From positions 6,623 through 70,622 of the forward strand of contig JAFLTG010000002.1 in NCBI GenBank assembly GCA_022510545.1: a DNA stretch of 64,000 nucleotides, read 5' to 3'. Each line of letters starts with the position of its first letter. The first letter of the stretch is position 1. A program made the position numbers and the translations under genes. The stretch is from Lachnospiraceae bacterium. GTDB taxonomy: Bacteria; Bacillota; Clostridia; Lachnospirales; Lachnospiraceae. The notes beneath the pieces are model-generated. The model searched no databases and was not told the origin of the DNA. It saw only the letters and a list, made by a program, of their open reading frames with translations. Shown in pieces: positions 41,129 through 51,139 of this stretch.

Positions 41129-42175
41129 TTAGAGAATATCTGCAAAATGCGCCCTAAGTTTCTTAAATATCAGTGTTCCTACACAGAAGAGACTAATCGT
41201 AAAAATCCAAAAATAAGTAGAAGAATAAAAATGTTCAAAAAACCATACTTCTTCATAAATAGCGCTTCGATATCCGTTAACAATATAGACCATGGGATTT
41301 AACTTAAATAATGCTTTCATAGAATCTGTGGTAAGCATGGAAATATCCCACAAAATCGGCGTTGCCCACATCCCTATCTGCAGCACTATGCTGATGATCT
41401 GTTGTAAATCCCTGATAAATACAACAAGAGCACAGGTAAAATAGCTCATTGCCAGTACAAGTAAAAACATGCAAAAGCTATAATAAAATATCTGCAGTGT
41501 ATATACACTTGGGTAATATCCATATAAAACCGCCACAATTAAAAGAATGCATACAAAAAATACATGTATGAAGGTGGCTGCTATTACTTTAATGATTGGC
41601 AGAATACTTATATTGAATACCACCTTTTTAACCAGATAATTGTACTCAAGAAGCGCCATTGTTCCCTGAGTGAGGGCCTCCGTAAAATAGAACCACGGTA
41701 CAAGTCCCGCTGTCAGATAAAGTACATAGGGCACCTGTACACCGCTTGCCACCAGCTGGCTCTTGGTGTCAAATACCCTGTCAAATACTATCCAGTACAT
41801 AATCACTGTAACTACAGGCTGTGCCATAGCCCAGACCACGCCCAGATAAGAACCCGCATACCGCTTCTTAAAATCATTTTTCGCCAGTTTCCAGATGAGC
41901 TTACGGCTCTGGAAAAGCTCTTTTGGAATCGTTGTCAGACCTTCGTAAAACAGTGCAAAAATAACACAGGTAAAGGTTATAAGTACGCAGCCGCTTACCT
42001 TTTTCATATTCTCGGTCACCTGATCGGCAAGCGGATTATGGTGGTTTATGAGCACTATTCCCAAAATCAAACCAAGCCCCCAGAAAATGGCTATTACTGC
42101 GGGCTTTGTAAAAATTTTCTTTTTCTTTTTTAAATTATTTGAATTTTCTTTTATAACCGTATTATTTGCGCTCAT
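41129..42175 (-). CDS. wzm: Polysaccharide ABC transporter permease (Wzm) with extra N-terminal TM pair
   Basis: KRYAGSYLGVVW, LVKKV, TPILW, LNP and FADIL motifs. Confidence 0.9.
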   Translation of the reverse strand: MSANNTVIKENSNNLKKKKKIFTKPAVIAIFWGLGLILGIVLINHHNPLADQVTENMKKVSGCVLITFTCVIFALFYEGLTTIPKELFQSRKLIWKLAKNDFKKRYAGSYLGVVWAMAQPVVTVIMYWIVFDRVFDTKSQLVASGVQVPYVLYLTAGLVPWFYFTEALTQGTMALLEYNYLVKKVVFNISILPIIKVIAATFIHVFFVCILLIVAVLYGYYPSVYTLQIFYYSFCMFLLVLAMSYFTCALVVFIRDLQQIISIVLQIGMWATPILWDISMLTTDSMKALFKLNPMVYIVNGYRSAIYEEVWFFEHFYSSTYFWIFTISLFCVGTLIFKKLRAHFADIL

Positions 42176-42196
42176 TTTCCTTAAAAACTCCCGCTT

Positions 42197-42760
42197 CTAT
42201 TTCCGGTATTTTTCGGTAAATTCTCTGATTCCACCCCACTTGGTATCTTTATCGGACTGAATAAGTTTCATTCCTTCATCAATAGGCCAGTCTATTCCTA
42301 TTTCAGGGTCATTCCATATAATCCCGCCTTCGTCATTCGGGTGGTAAAAATCTGTACATTTATACGCAAACTCCGCATAATCGGACAATACCAGAAATCC
42401 GTGTGCAAAATTTTTAGGAATAAAGAACTGTTTCTTATTTTCAGCAGAAAGTTTTACCCCATACCACTTACCATAAGTCGCAGAACCGGGACGGATATCC
42501 ACTGCCACATCAAATACTTCCCCCTGCAACACTCTTACAAGTTTGTCCTGTGGGTAATTAATCTGGAAATGAAGGCCTCTTAAGACTCCCTTAACCGATG
42601 CCGACTGGTTGTCCTGCACAAACACCTGATCTATACCGGCTGCCTTGAAATCCTCATATTGATAGGTTTCCATAAAATAGCCTCTTTCATCCCCGAAAAC
42701 AGTAGGTGTAATCACCTTAAGTCCTTCTATCTCACATGTCTCCACAGTTATTTTTCCCAT
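42197..42760 (-). CDS. rmlC: dTDP-4-dehydrorhamnose 3,5-epimerase
   Basis: DERGYF, QDNQS, LRGLHFQ and FAHGF motifs. Confidence 0.95.
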   Translation of the reverse strand: MGKITVETCEIEGLKVITPTVFGDERGYFMETYQYEDFKAAGIDQVFVQDNQSASVKGVLRGLHFQINYPQDKLVRVLQGEVFDVAVDIRPGSATYGKWYGVKLSAENKKQFFIPKNFAHGFLVLSDYAEFAYKCTDFYHPNDEGGIIWNDPEIGIDWPIDEGMKLIQSDKDTKWGGIREFTEKYRK

Positions 42761-42801
42761 TTTCACGGCTCCTTTAGATAATTCACAAAATAAACTTATT
42801 A

Positions 42802-44160
42802 TTAGTTGTCTCTTTCCTCGACCGGCACATTTCCTATATCGCCCTCCACAACTCCGGTATAACCTCCGGAAGCTGCAGAATGGTCAATTGAAGTATCTAT
42901 ATTCAAGTAACATAAATTCAGATCAACATTTGTCGAAATTCCGTCAATCGTTCCTTTTGACGTATATTGCCACATATGATAATATCCGTCATAAGTCGGC
43001 ACATCAGCATACTGTGCAAGCCAGATATTATAATTAGAAAATTCATCCGCATTAACTCTTTTTTTCAGCCAGTTGGTGGAGGCATATACTCCGGCCTCAT
43101 ATCCCGCGGAAGCTATCGTATTAAGGAATGCCTTATGATACTTAGTCCTGTCCTCAGGTGAAAGATTATCCGCCCTTCCTTTGCCTCCTGAGCTTTCGCT
43201 GTCCAAAAATACCGGATAATCCACATCATATTCTCTGATAAGGCTGATTACCATACTTGCTTCTTCTATAGCCTCCAGTTCGCTGACTGCCTGCGTAAAG
43301 AAGTAAACTCCCACCGGAATATCCTCGGCTATAGCTCCTTTTATATTCTCCTCAAAAAGCGGGTCTATGATCAGCGAGCCGCTCGATGAACCACGGTATC
43401 CGCAGCGTATGATAGCAAACTCTACTCCGTCCGCTTTTACGGCTTCCCAGTCAATCTCTTTATTCCATTTTGAAACGTCGATACCTTTTTTCGCATTGCC
43501 TGCTTCCATTTCAAAGGAAGGATTTTCACTGCCGTCAGCCTCATTCTCGGCTTCTTTTACCTCTAAGTCTTCCTTGGAAACATCCACATCATCTTCAGTC
43601 AGCATCAAGTACTCAACATCATTCAGTACCTTATACTCAATTTCCTGCTTCACTTTGATAGTCGTTACCGTGTTGGGTACCTTATATCCGTCCATTTCAT
43701 TCATAGAAACACTGTATTCGCCTGCACGAAGACCATCAATATAAATAATACCGTCCTCATCATTGTCGGTATACTCTCCCAGTTCCTGAATCTTGATAGT
43801 AAAAGGCACACCGGTTATAAGTTTCCCCCGGCTGTTTACTATCATAATCCTTAAGTCCTTACTCACCGAACTCATAACAAGCGATACAACCCTGCCAGAA
43901 TAGGTTTCAATGCTTTTATAGCGGACTTCCGGATCAAAAAAAGTATCATCCTGCATAAATGCCTGTAAATTATTTCCAAGCTGCTTGTCATCAACATCGA
44001 TCAAGTCACCGTCATCTCCGGAATCTGACCGGTTAACAGTTTCGCGAATCCCGAATTTTGCCTTGACAGTATCCCAGTTCGTAGCAATAATAACGCCTGT
44101 TATTACAAAAAACATTATTACTACTGCAATTATAGTTCCTCTTAATTTCCTAGAGTCCAT
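42802..44160 (-). CDS. Membrane-anchored GH25 muramidase (lysozyme)
   Basis: [21 protein letters not shown] and WQYTS motifs; N-terminal TM; start overlaps the rmlA stop. Confidence 0.9.
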   Translation of the reverse strand: MDSRKLRGTIIAVVIMFFVITGVIIATNWDTVKAKFGIRETVNRSDSGDDGDLIDVDDKQLGNNLQAFMQDDTFFDPEVRYKSIETYSGRVVSLVMSSVSKDLRIMIVNSRGKLITGVPFTIKIQELGEYTDNDEDGIIYIDGLRAGEYSVSMNEMDGYKVPNTVTTIKVKQEIEYKVLNDVEYLMLTEDDVDVSKEDLEVKEAENEADGSENPSFEMEAGNAKKGIDVSKWNKEIDWEAVKADGVEFAIIRCGYRGSSSGSLIIDPLFEENIKGAIAEDIPVGVYFFTQAVSELEAIEEASMVISLIREYDVDYPVFLDSESSGGKGRADNLSPEDRTKYHKAFLNTIASAGYEAGVYASTNWLKKRVNADEFSNYNIWLAQYADVPTYDGYYHMWQYTSKGTIDGISTNVDLNLCYLNIDTSIDHSAASGGYTGVVEGDIGNVPVEERDN

Positions 44161-45019
44161 TCGCAACCTCTACCAAATATTTTCCGTAATTTGTTTTAAG
44201 CAGAGGCTGGGCCAGCTTAAGTAACTGTTCCTTATCAATAAAGCCTCTCTTAAACGCAATCTCTTCTATACATGAAATATATAAACCCTGTCTCTTCTGG
44301 AATGCCGCAACGAAATCTGCAGCATCAAGGAGGGAGTCATGGCTTCCGGTATCCAGCCATGCAAAGCCGCGTCCCAGTGTTTCTACCCTGAGAGTCCCCC
44401 TGCTTAAATATTCATTATTGATACTTGTAATTTCTATTTCACCACGGGCGGAAGGCTTGACATTTGCTGCAATCTCCACCACATCATTATCATAAAAATA
44501 AAGTCCGGGCACCGCATAATTACTCTTGGGATGCTCAGGTTTTTCTTCAATCGATAGGGCAATTCCGTTTTCGTCAAACTCAACTACCCCGTATTCCCTC
44601 GGATCCCTGACATAATAGCCGAAAATCGTCGCTCCTTTTTCCAGGGATGCAGCTTTTCTAAGAACTTTGGAAAAGCTTTGTCCATAAAAAATATTATCGC
44701 CAAGTACAAGCGCCACACTATCCTTTCCGATAAACTCAGCTCCGATTATAAATGCATCAGCAAGTCCCCTTGGAGTCTCCTGCACCGCATATTCAAAACG
44801 CAGCCCCAGCTGCTCCCCGCTTCCGAACAATTCCTTAAATGACGGAAGGTCCCTTGGAGTTGAAATGATCAGAATATCCTGTATTCCCGCCAGCATCAGT
44901 ATGGATAAGGGATAATAAATCATCGGTTTGTCGTATACCGGCATAATCTGCTTGGACACCGCCTTGGTCAATGGATATAATCTGGTTCCCGATCCGCCTG
45001 CCAATATAATTCCTTTCAT
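44150..45019 (-). CDS. rmlA: Glucose-1-phosphate thymidylyltransferase
   Basis: [21 protein letters not shown] and WLDTG motifs. Confidence 0.97.
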   Translation of the reverse strand: MKGIILAGGSGTRLYPLTKAVSKQIMPVYDKPMIYYPLSILMLAGIQDILIISTPRDLPSFKELFGSGEQLGLRFEYAVQETPRGLADAFIIGAEFIGKDSVALVLGDNIFYGQSFSKVLRKAASLEKGATIFGYYVRDPREYGVVEFDENGIALSIEEKPEHPKSNYAVPGLYFYDNDVVEIAANVKPSARGEIEITSINNEYLSRGTLRVETLGRGFAWLDTGSHDSLLDAADFVAAFQKRQGLYISCIEEIAFKRGFIDKEQLLKLAQPLLKTNYGKYLVEVANGL

Positions 45020-45033
45020 AATTGCTCCCCTTC

Positions 45034-46113
45034 TCAGCTTTCATAAGTCTCGGCATAATATTTCTGATAATCGCCGCTTGTTACATTTTTCATCCAGTCT
45101 TCATTTTCAAAGAACCACTTTATTGTACGCCTGATTCCGTCTATAAACATAGTCTCCGGCTCCCAGCCTATTTCTTCCCTGATCTTGTCCGGAGCAATCG
45201 CATAACGCCTGTCATGTCCTTTGCGGTCCTCTACGTAAGTAATCAGGTCTTCGCTTACAAGTGCCTTCCTTGGGTCACTGTCAGGAAGCATTTCTTTGAG
45301 TGTATCCAGAATGATATGAATAATCTCTATATTCTGCTTCTCATTGTGGCCGCCGACATTATAAGTCTCGAACAATCTGCCCTTTTCCTGCACCATATCG
45401 ATTGCCTTGGCATGATCCTCAACATAGAGCCAGTCACGGACATTTTTACCGTCACCGTACACAGGAAGCTTCTTACCATGTAACGCATTGTTTATAATAA
45501 GCGGTATCAGTTTCTCCGGGAACTGATACGGTCCGTAATTATTGGAACAATTAGTAATATTAGCCGGGAACTTATAGGTATCCATATAGGATTTCACCAG
45601 CATGTCCGAAGATGCCTTACTCGCAGAATACGGACTGTGCGGCGCATAAGGTGTAGTTTCATAAAAATACCCGCCGTCCTCTTCCAATGAACCATACACT
45701 TCATCCGTGGAAACGTGAAGAAATTTCTTGTCCGCCTTATAAGTCCCGTCGGGCAGCTCCCAAGCTGCTTTCGCACAGTTAAGCATAACCGCCGTGCCGA
45801 GAACGTTGGTCCGTACAAAAATCTCCGGATTTTTGATACTTCTGTCCACATGGCTTTCTGCCGCAAAATGTACTACACGGTCTATGTCGTTTTCTTCAAA
45901 GATTCCGGATATCGTGTCCTTATCGCAAATATCGGCTTTAATGAAGGTGTAGTTATCTCTGTTTTCTATACTTTTTAAGTTCTCAAGATTTCCGGCATAA
46001 GTTAAGTCATCTACATTTATTATACGGATTTCATTATCGTATTTTTTAAACATATAATGAATGTAATTGGAGCCAATAAAACCGGCCCCGCCTGTTACAA
46101 GGTAGGTTCTCAT
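45034..46113 (-). CDS. rmlB: dTDP-glucose 4,6-dehydratase
   Basis: GGAGFIG, AAESHVD, STDEVYG and YSASK motifs. Confidence 0.97.
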   Translation of the reverse strand: MRTYLVTGGAGFIGSNYIHYMFKKYDNEIRIINVDDLTYAGNLENLKSIENRDNYTFIKADICDKDTISGIFEENDIDRVVHFAAESHVDRSIKNPEIFVRTNVLGTAVMLNCAKAAWELPDGTYKADKKFLHVSTDEVYGSLEEDGGYFYETTPYAPHSPYSASKASSDMLVKSYMDTYKFPANITNCSNNYGPYQFPEKLIPLIINNALHGKKLPVYGDGKNVRDWLYVEDHAKAIDMVQEKGRLFETYNVGGHNEKQNIEIIHIILDTLKEMLPDSDPRKALVSEDLITYVEDRKGHDRRYAIAPDKIREEIGWEPETMFIDGIRRTIKWFFENEDWMKNVTSGDYQKYYAETYES

Positions 46114-46154
46114 TCGTTGCAATCTCCTTCTTAATCTCTCGCATTACATAGCCT

Positions 46155-46208
46155 GCGATATTTGGGCCACAGGCACAAATTCGCGTGTGAAAAATTTATT
46201 TTTCACAC
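46155..46208. repeat. Dispersed double-hairpin (REP-like) element, copy 3
   Basis: GCGAtATTTGGGCC-aca-GGCACAAATTCGC followed by GTGTGAAAAA-ttta-TTTTTCACAC. Confidence 0.7.
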
Positions 46209-46213
46209 TTTAT

Positions 46214-46242
46214 ATTATGATTCAAAAATACGATAATTGCAA
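46214..46242 (-). promoter_or_regulatory. SigA-type promoter of rmlB
   Basis: TTGCAA-17 bp-CATAAT on the minus strand. Confidence 0.45.
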
Positions 46243-46247
46243 GCTGT

Positions 46248-49220
46248 TTAATAATATCTGATGTCCAAATCCACATCTCCTTTGATGCCATTAATCCTTC
46301 CCTTGGACGAATACTGCCATATATCATATCGGGTTTTCGTGTAGGTCGGTGCGCTGGCATACTGCGCCAGCCATATCTTATAATTTGTCAAGCTTGCAGT
46401 GTTGATCATCTCATTGAACCAGGTTTTATTAGCATATATACCTGCCGAATAACCTGAGTTCTGTACGGTCTGGCAAAATGCCCTGCAAACTGCGGTTCTT
46501 GTATCTTTGCTGATTCTATCACCACGACCTCCGGCGGATTCCACATCTAAGAAGATTGGCATATCCAAGCCATATCCGCTGACCAGACTTACAGCCATAG
46601 ATGCCTCTTCAACGGCTTCAACTTCATTGACTGCCTGACAGAAGAAATATACTCCAACCTTAATTCCTGCTGCCTTTGCGCCTTTGATATTGCTCCTAAA
46701 CATCGGATCCTCTACAAGTACGCCTGTTGCGGAACCACGGTAACCACAGCGAATGATAGCAAAGGATACACCGGAGTTCTTCACTGCATTCCAGTCAATA
46801 GTACCATTATGTTTTGACACATCGATTCCCATTGTTCCGGAACCGGATGAGAGCCTGCCGTCACTTCCGAATGTATATTTAGCACCCTGTATGACCTGCT
46901 CACCGGTGACATAATTGCCGTTTTTATCAAAGAAATAGGTATAGCCATCAATAGTCTGCCAGCCTGTGTACCTGTATTTCACATTAGGACTCTTTAAATA
47001 AAACTTGCTGCTCTTATAGTAATCGGCATAAGTAGCTTCCACATATTTGCCGTCTGAATTTTTAATATAAATCTGGTTGCCTTTTTTGTCTTTAAGCTTG
47101 GTCTTGGTATCTCCTGATACATCTTTACCTTTTGTAACAGTCACCTTTAAAGTACCTTTTGCACTTCCGCAGGTCGCCGTAATCGTTGCACTTCCCGCTG
47201 ACACACCTGTCATATTTCCACTGCTGTCTATTTTTACAACCTTTTCATTATCGCTTGACCATGACACGCTTCCGCCTGCCGGATCTGTAGCTGCCTTGAG
47301 TGTGGCACTCTTTCCTGCCTCAATGGTACTGCTTCCTGTTATTGTAACCGATTTGTATGTAATCTCAGATGCTTCCACAGTGACGGTACATTCTTTGGAA
47401 TCACCGCTTTCGCTGGTTCCGATAATCGATGCCGCTCCTGTAGAGACTCCCGTTACAACACCGTTTGCATCAACCGTTGCTATTTTGGTATTGCTGCTGC
47501 TCCATGTGATCTTACCGCCTTCAGGTTCCGTAGTGCCGCTTACAGTGCAGGTTTGTCCGACCTTGATATTTCCGCCGCCTGTTACACTCTTCATCTTATA
47601 TGTAGGCGCTGCCGGTGCGGATGGAGTATCTTCCGTAACAGTTACGGAGCAATTTAAAGTAACAGATGCTGAAGATGAACTGTCAAGCTTAATTATTGCC
47701 GAAACGGTTGCACTGCCTGCTCCGACTCCCGTGATTGTACCATCCTCGTCAACATAGGCTACAGAAGTATTACTGCTGGACCAGTCCAGTACATATGAGG
47801 CATTTACCTCTGTTGTAAAAATCAATGAAACACTTTCACCTTTTTTAATATTTACGGAAGAAGGGGTAAGCGATGGTTTTAAAGCCTCCAGTTTTTCTTT
47901 ATCGGTCTTGGGCTTGTCCTGAGATTCAGCACCGCCATTAGTGTCATCTCCCTCATCAGAAGTCTGCTCTTCTGTTTTGTTCTCCGTTCCTGTTTCTACA
48001 AGTTTCATAAATCCTGCCATTCCCGTTCCTACCATTGCAGAGGTTGAAGGGTCGGGGATATCGGATTTGTTAAGCTCAAGATAGTTTTCGTCAGATTCTA
48101 TCTCGGTCTTGGTAGACTCAACCCATTCGACCGTATCGGTCAATGAAGATTCTGTCTGAGTCTGCTGCGCAGTATCCTCTGCCGCTGCATTTACTTCGGC
48201 CTCAGACTTAATCTCGTCGGCAACATCTACTTTTTTATAAGCAATAGTATCGGTAACCTTTATAGTTTCGCTTTTGGCCGCAAACTTATAACCTTCAAAT
48301 TCCTCCCCTTTAAGCTCCAGAGGTTTAACAGTATAAGTATCGGCATCCACATCTGTTTGATATATTATTCCGTCCTTATCTTCATCTTTTAAATTAAATG
48401 CTTTGCTTTTGCTTCCTGTCACTTCTACTTCAAAGGGTACATTGGCAATAAGCTTGTTGTTTTCTTTATTGACAAATTTAATCTTTATATCTGACTGTAT
48501 GGAAGTGATATTAATAGCGACTTCTATATCTTTTACTTCTTTCTCTTCTTCCTGTTCCTGCTCAGGCTCAATCATTTGTGATAATCTGGCTGCTTCCGCA
48601 TCCGAAACTGCGATAAGCCCGCTTTCACCAATAATTCCTATGCCTTCTATATCGCTTCCTATTTCGGCAAAGGCCTCTACCTTCTTGGATGTAGATTTGG
48701 CATCGACATATAGTGTTCCTGTGATGATTCCGGCAACTATGATAAAGAGTCCCAAAATTGCAACCACTCTGTCAATAGAACTCATGTTTTTAACAAAATA
48801 AATAACACGAGGAATAAAACCTCCTCGAGGAACATCTTCTTCATCTTCTTCGTCTTCTTCGTAATCCTCCTCATCATAGTCTTCATCAAAATCTTCTATA
48901 TACTCAATGTCTTCGATATCTTCATCATCATATTCTTCGATATCCTCAACGTCTTCATCGTCATATTCTTCGATATCTTCGACATCTTCATCGTCATATT
49001 CTTCGATATCCTCGATATCCTCAATATCTTCTTCATCTTCATCATCATATTCTTCTTCAATGTCATCCTCGATATTAGACGTTTTTATACTTTTTCCTCC
49101 CTGCATGGAAACAGTACGATTATATGCCTCTATAGTTTCATCATCCAAAGAAAGAAATTCCAGTGTATCTTCCAGATTTTCGGGTTTTAAATATTGGTTG
49201 TTATTATTTTCCTTTTTCAT
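46248..49220 (-). CDS. Large membrane-anchored GH25 muramidase with acidic N-terminus, three Big_2 Ig-like domains and cell-wall-binding-like repeats
   Basis: WSSSN..VA.VD..G repeats; GWQTIDGYTYFFD; GIDVSKHN, FLDVE and WQYSS motifs. Confidence 0.9.
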   Translation of the reverse strand: MKKENNNNQYLKPENLEDTLEFLSLDDETIEAYNRTVSMQGGKSIKTSNIEDDIEEEYDDEDEEDIEDIEDIEEYDDEDVEDIEEYDDEDVEDIEEYDDEDIEDIEYIEDFDEDYDEEDYEEDEEDEEDVPRGGFIPRVIYFVKNMSSIDRVVAILGLFIIVAGIITGTLYVDAKSTSKKVEAFAEIGSDIEGIGIIGESGLIAVSDAEAARLSQMIEPEQEQEEEKEVKDIEVAINITSIQSDIKIKFVNKENNKLIANVPFEVEVTGSKSKAFNLKDEDKDGIIYQTDVDADTYTVKPLELKGEEFEGYKFAAKSETIKVTDTIAYKKVDVADEIKSEAEVNAAAEDTAQQTQTESSLTDTVEWVESTKTEIESDENYLELNKSDIPDPSTSAMVGTGMAGFMKLVETGTENKTEEQTSDEGDDTNGGAESQDKPKTDKEKLEALKPSLTPSSVNIKKGESVSLIFTTEVNASYVLDWSSSNTSVAYVDEDGTITGVGAGSATVSAIIKLDSSSSASVTLNCSVTVTEDTPSAPAAPTYKMKSVTGGGNIKVGQTCTVSGTTEPEGGKITWSSSNTKIATVDANGVVTGVSTGAASIIGTSESGDSKECTVTVEASEITYKSVTITGSSTIEAGKSATLKAATDPAGGSVSWSSDNEKVVKIDSSGNMTGVSAGSATITATCGSAKGTLKVTVTKGKDVSGDTKTKLKDKKGNQIYIKNSDGKYVEATYADYYKSSKFYLKSPNVKYRYTGWQTIDGYTYFFDKNGNYVTGEQVIQGAKYTFGSDGRLSSGSGTMGIDVSKHNGTIDWNAVKNSGVSFAIIRCGYRGSATGVLVEDPMFRSNIKGAKAAGIKVGVYFFCQAVNEVEAVEEASMAVSLVSGYGLDMPIFLDVESAGGRGDRISKDTRTAVCRAFCQTVQNSGYSAGIYANKTWFNEMINTASLTNYKIWLAQYASAPTYTKTRYDIWQYSSKGRINGIKGDVDLDIRYY
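48919..49017 (-). repeat. 33-bp tandem repeat x3 (IEEYDDEDVED) in acidic tract
   Basis: Units start at 48919, 48952 and 48985. Confidence 0.85.
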
Positions 49221-49284
49221 ATTAATCTTGTAAACCTTTCGTATTTTCCAGTTTTTAAGCTGTTTTCAATTAGTTACAAGTGTT

Positions 49285-49313
49285 ATTATAACACGAGTTT
49301 GTTAATTAAACAA
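49285..49313 (-). promoter_or_regulatory. SigA-type promoter of the large GH25 gene
   Basis: TTGTTT-17 bp-TATAAT on the minus strand. Confidence 0.45.
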
Positions 49314-49335
49314 GTTTATCTGTAATCCAAATAAT

Positions 49336-50385
49336 TCATTTTCTTTTTATAACACTCGATATCCATACAGGTATTATTGATATTATGAATGAAATAACAA
49401 GTGCAATCAAAGGACTTAGATATAATACAACCGCCTTATCCTCTATTCCCCATTGCCCATAAAGCCAGCGAAGGCTCTTGATTACCATAATTTGCAACGC
49501 ATAAACCCACAGTCCGTATTTATCTGCCAGATTTCCAAGACGAACAAGTATTGGCGACTTAATAATGGGAAATCTAAGTGCCAGCAGGAAAGCTGTGATA
49601 TTTACAAATATTGTGGTAATATATAACCCGCTCCCGGGCATAAACCATACTTCTGCAATATTCAGCAAAAGCAGGAGGGCAAGAATGAGACATATCTTAT
49701 CCGTGCCAAACCGGCGGTATATGTGCTCTTCATATGCATGAATGCAATATGCCAGACTAAAGAACGGTATTCCCATAAAAAGCCAGTTCCTTATATACGG
49801 TATATATGATATTTGTATATTTTTTCCGTAAAATGTCAAAAATTCCCCGCAAGCCAGATTTAATATAAGCAGCAATACAGACAGCGAAAACATAAATTTT
49901 ATCCGGTTTTCCTTTATAATACGGGCAAATCTTCCTCTGCCTCTTTCAATATACATAAGCAGGATAAGCAAAAACAGATAAGAATAGGTCAAAGCACCCA
50001 AAAACCATAAGTGCCCGCGAAAAGGCGACTCGTTGGTCAAAAGCAGGACTAAAAACTTTTTTAACGAGCAGTTTTGTCTAATCCAGTCAGGGACTGAAGC
50101 CCCTGAAAAAAACTCTATGGCAATGTCCCAGATAAAATATATCACATTGACCAGTATAGTCAACCGTAGAATCTTGATGGTTCTCTCACGTATCTTGAGA
50201 ATGGATGCCCCATAGCTGTAATATCCTGACACCATAAAAAAAACAGGGACCGACATTGCAGCGAGCCCCTCTATAAGTAATCCGAAATTGCCGGGAAGGG
50301 TTTCATGAATCAGTATGACCAGCACTACCGCTATGAACTTGAGGACATTTATTCCATTATCGGTTCTCTTGAGCTTTTCTTCCAT
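49336..50385 (-). CDS. Acyltransferase_3 (AT3) family membrane O-acyltransferase
   Basis: LVILIH, VPVFFMVSGY and HLWFL motifs; about 10 TMs. Confidence 0.85.
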   Translation of the reverse strand: MEEKLKRTDNGINVLKFIAVVLVILIHETLPGNFGLLIEGLAAMSVPVFFMVSGYYSYGASILKIRERTIKILRLTILVNVIYFIWDIAIEFFSGASVPDWIRQNCSLKKFLVLLLTNESPFRGHLWFLGALTYSYLFLLILLMYIERGRGRFARIIKENRIKFMFSLSVLLLILNLACGEFLTFYGKNIQISYIPYIRNWLFMGIPFFSLAYCIHAYEEHIYRRFGTDKICLILALLLLLNIAEVWFMPGSGLYITTIFVNITAFLLALRFPIIKSPILVRLGNLADKYGLWVYALQIMVIKSLRWLYGQWGIEDKAVVLYLSPLIALVISFIISIIPVWISSVIKRK

Positions 50386-50543
50386 TAGATTATATCCTGA
50401 ATCATTTTTTATGATATTATTACATTTTATAAAAAGTATAAAACACTATATATTGTATATAATAACAAATTATGACATTTCTTGCAATCTTTCGTTACGC
50501 GATACTTAACAGCGTTTTTCTGGCATTTTTTTCCTGATTTCGC

Positions 50544-50628
50544 TTGACTTTACTTTCCCAAACTGACACAATATATATGCAACCTTACAATATAAACAAT
50601 ATTAATAGAAAATTTGCATTGCAAATTT
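50544..50628 (+). promoter_or_regulatory. SigA-type promoter with downstream palindrome
   Basis: TTGACT-17 bp-CACAAT with TG extension; AAATTTGCA-T-TGCAAATTT at 50610-50628. Confidence 0.5.
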
Positions 50629-50653
50629 CTAGATGAGAAAAGGGGAATTTTTC

Positions 50654-50980
50654 ATGATGTATATTCATTATTGTAAGCGTTGCCATCGTGTCCACATGTT
50701 AAACGGACATAAGCGTTCCTGCCCTAATTGCAGTGAAAGCATTACCGAACTCAAACTTCCTTATATGGAATACATATCCATGGACAGGAATAAGAGAGCA
50801 CTTTTTCTTACCCGCCTTGCAGATGAAGCACAGCTCAAGGATCTGAGTACCACTTATCGTATGTATAAATACAGCAAGTGGTACAAAGAGCTCCATATGC
50901 AGCTTCCGCCCGGCGCAATAATCACCTATTCGTTAGGTGAGCAAAACACGATGGACAACGCTTTATCGACTTTGTCCTAA
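50654..50980 (+). CDS. Small zinc-ribbon hypothetical protein
   Basis: CKRC..CPNC motif; own promoter, AGGGG RBS and terminator. Confidence 0.7.
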   Translation: MMYIHYCKRCHRVHMLNGHKRSCPNCSESITELKLPYMEYISMDRNKRALFLTRLADEAQLKDLSTTYRMYKYSKWYKELHMQLPPGAIITYSLGEQNTMDNALSTLS

Positions 50981-50986
50981 TGATGG

Positions 50987-51030
50987 TACCTGCAATGTTC
51001 TTTTAAAGCACATACATTGCAGGTATTTTT
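50987..51030 (+). terminator. Intrinsic terminator
   Basis: TACCTGCAATGT-loop-ACATTGCAGGTA followed by T-tract. Confidence 0.8.
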
Positions 51031-51139
51031 CTTTATTGTATTCAGTTTTCATCAAATTTAAATCTTAAAATTCTCTTAAAGCATGGATTTTTCTTCCTGT
51101 TCATAGTAAAATAGGTTAATAAAGAATGGAGGACCAATT

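Noticed and set aside
48919..49017. 33-bp repeats as a possible CRISPR array
   Set aside because: Contiguous in-frame coding repeats with no spacers and no cas genes.
42802..49220. GH25 lysozymes as prophage endolysins
   Set aside because: Both have TM anchors and are coupled to rml genes; no holin or other phage genes nearby.
47077..49233. Long antisense ORFs including a poly-Ser ORF
   Set aside because: Shadows of the Ig-domain and acidic-repeat coding sequence.
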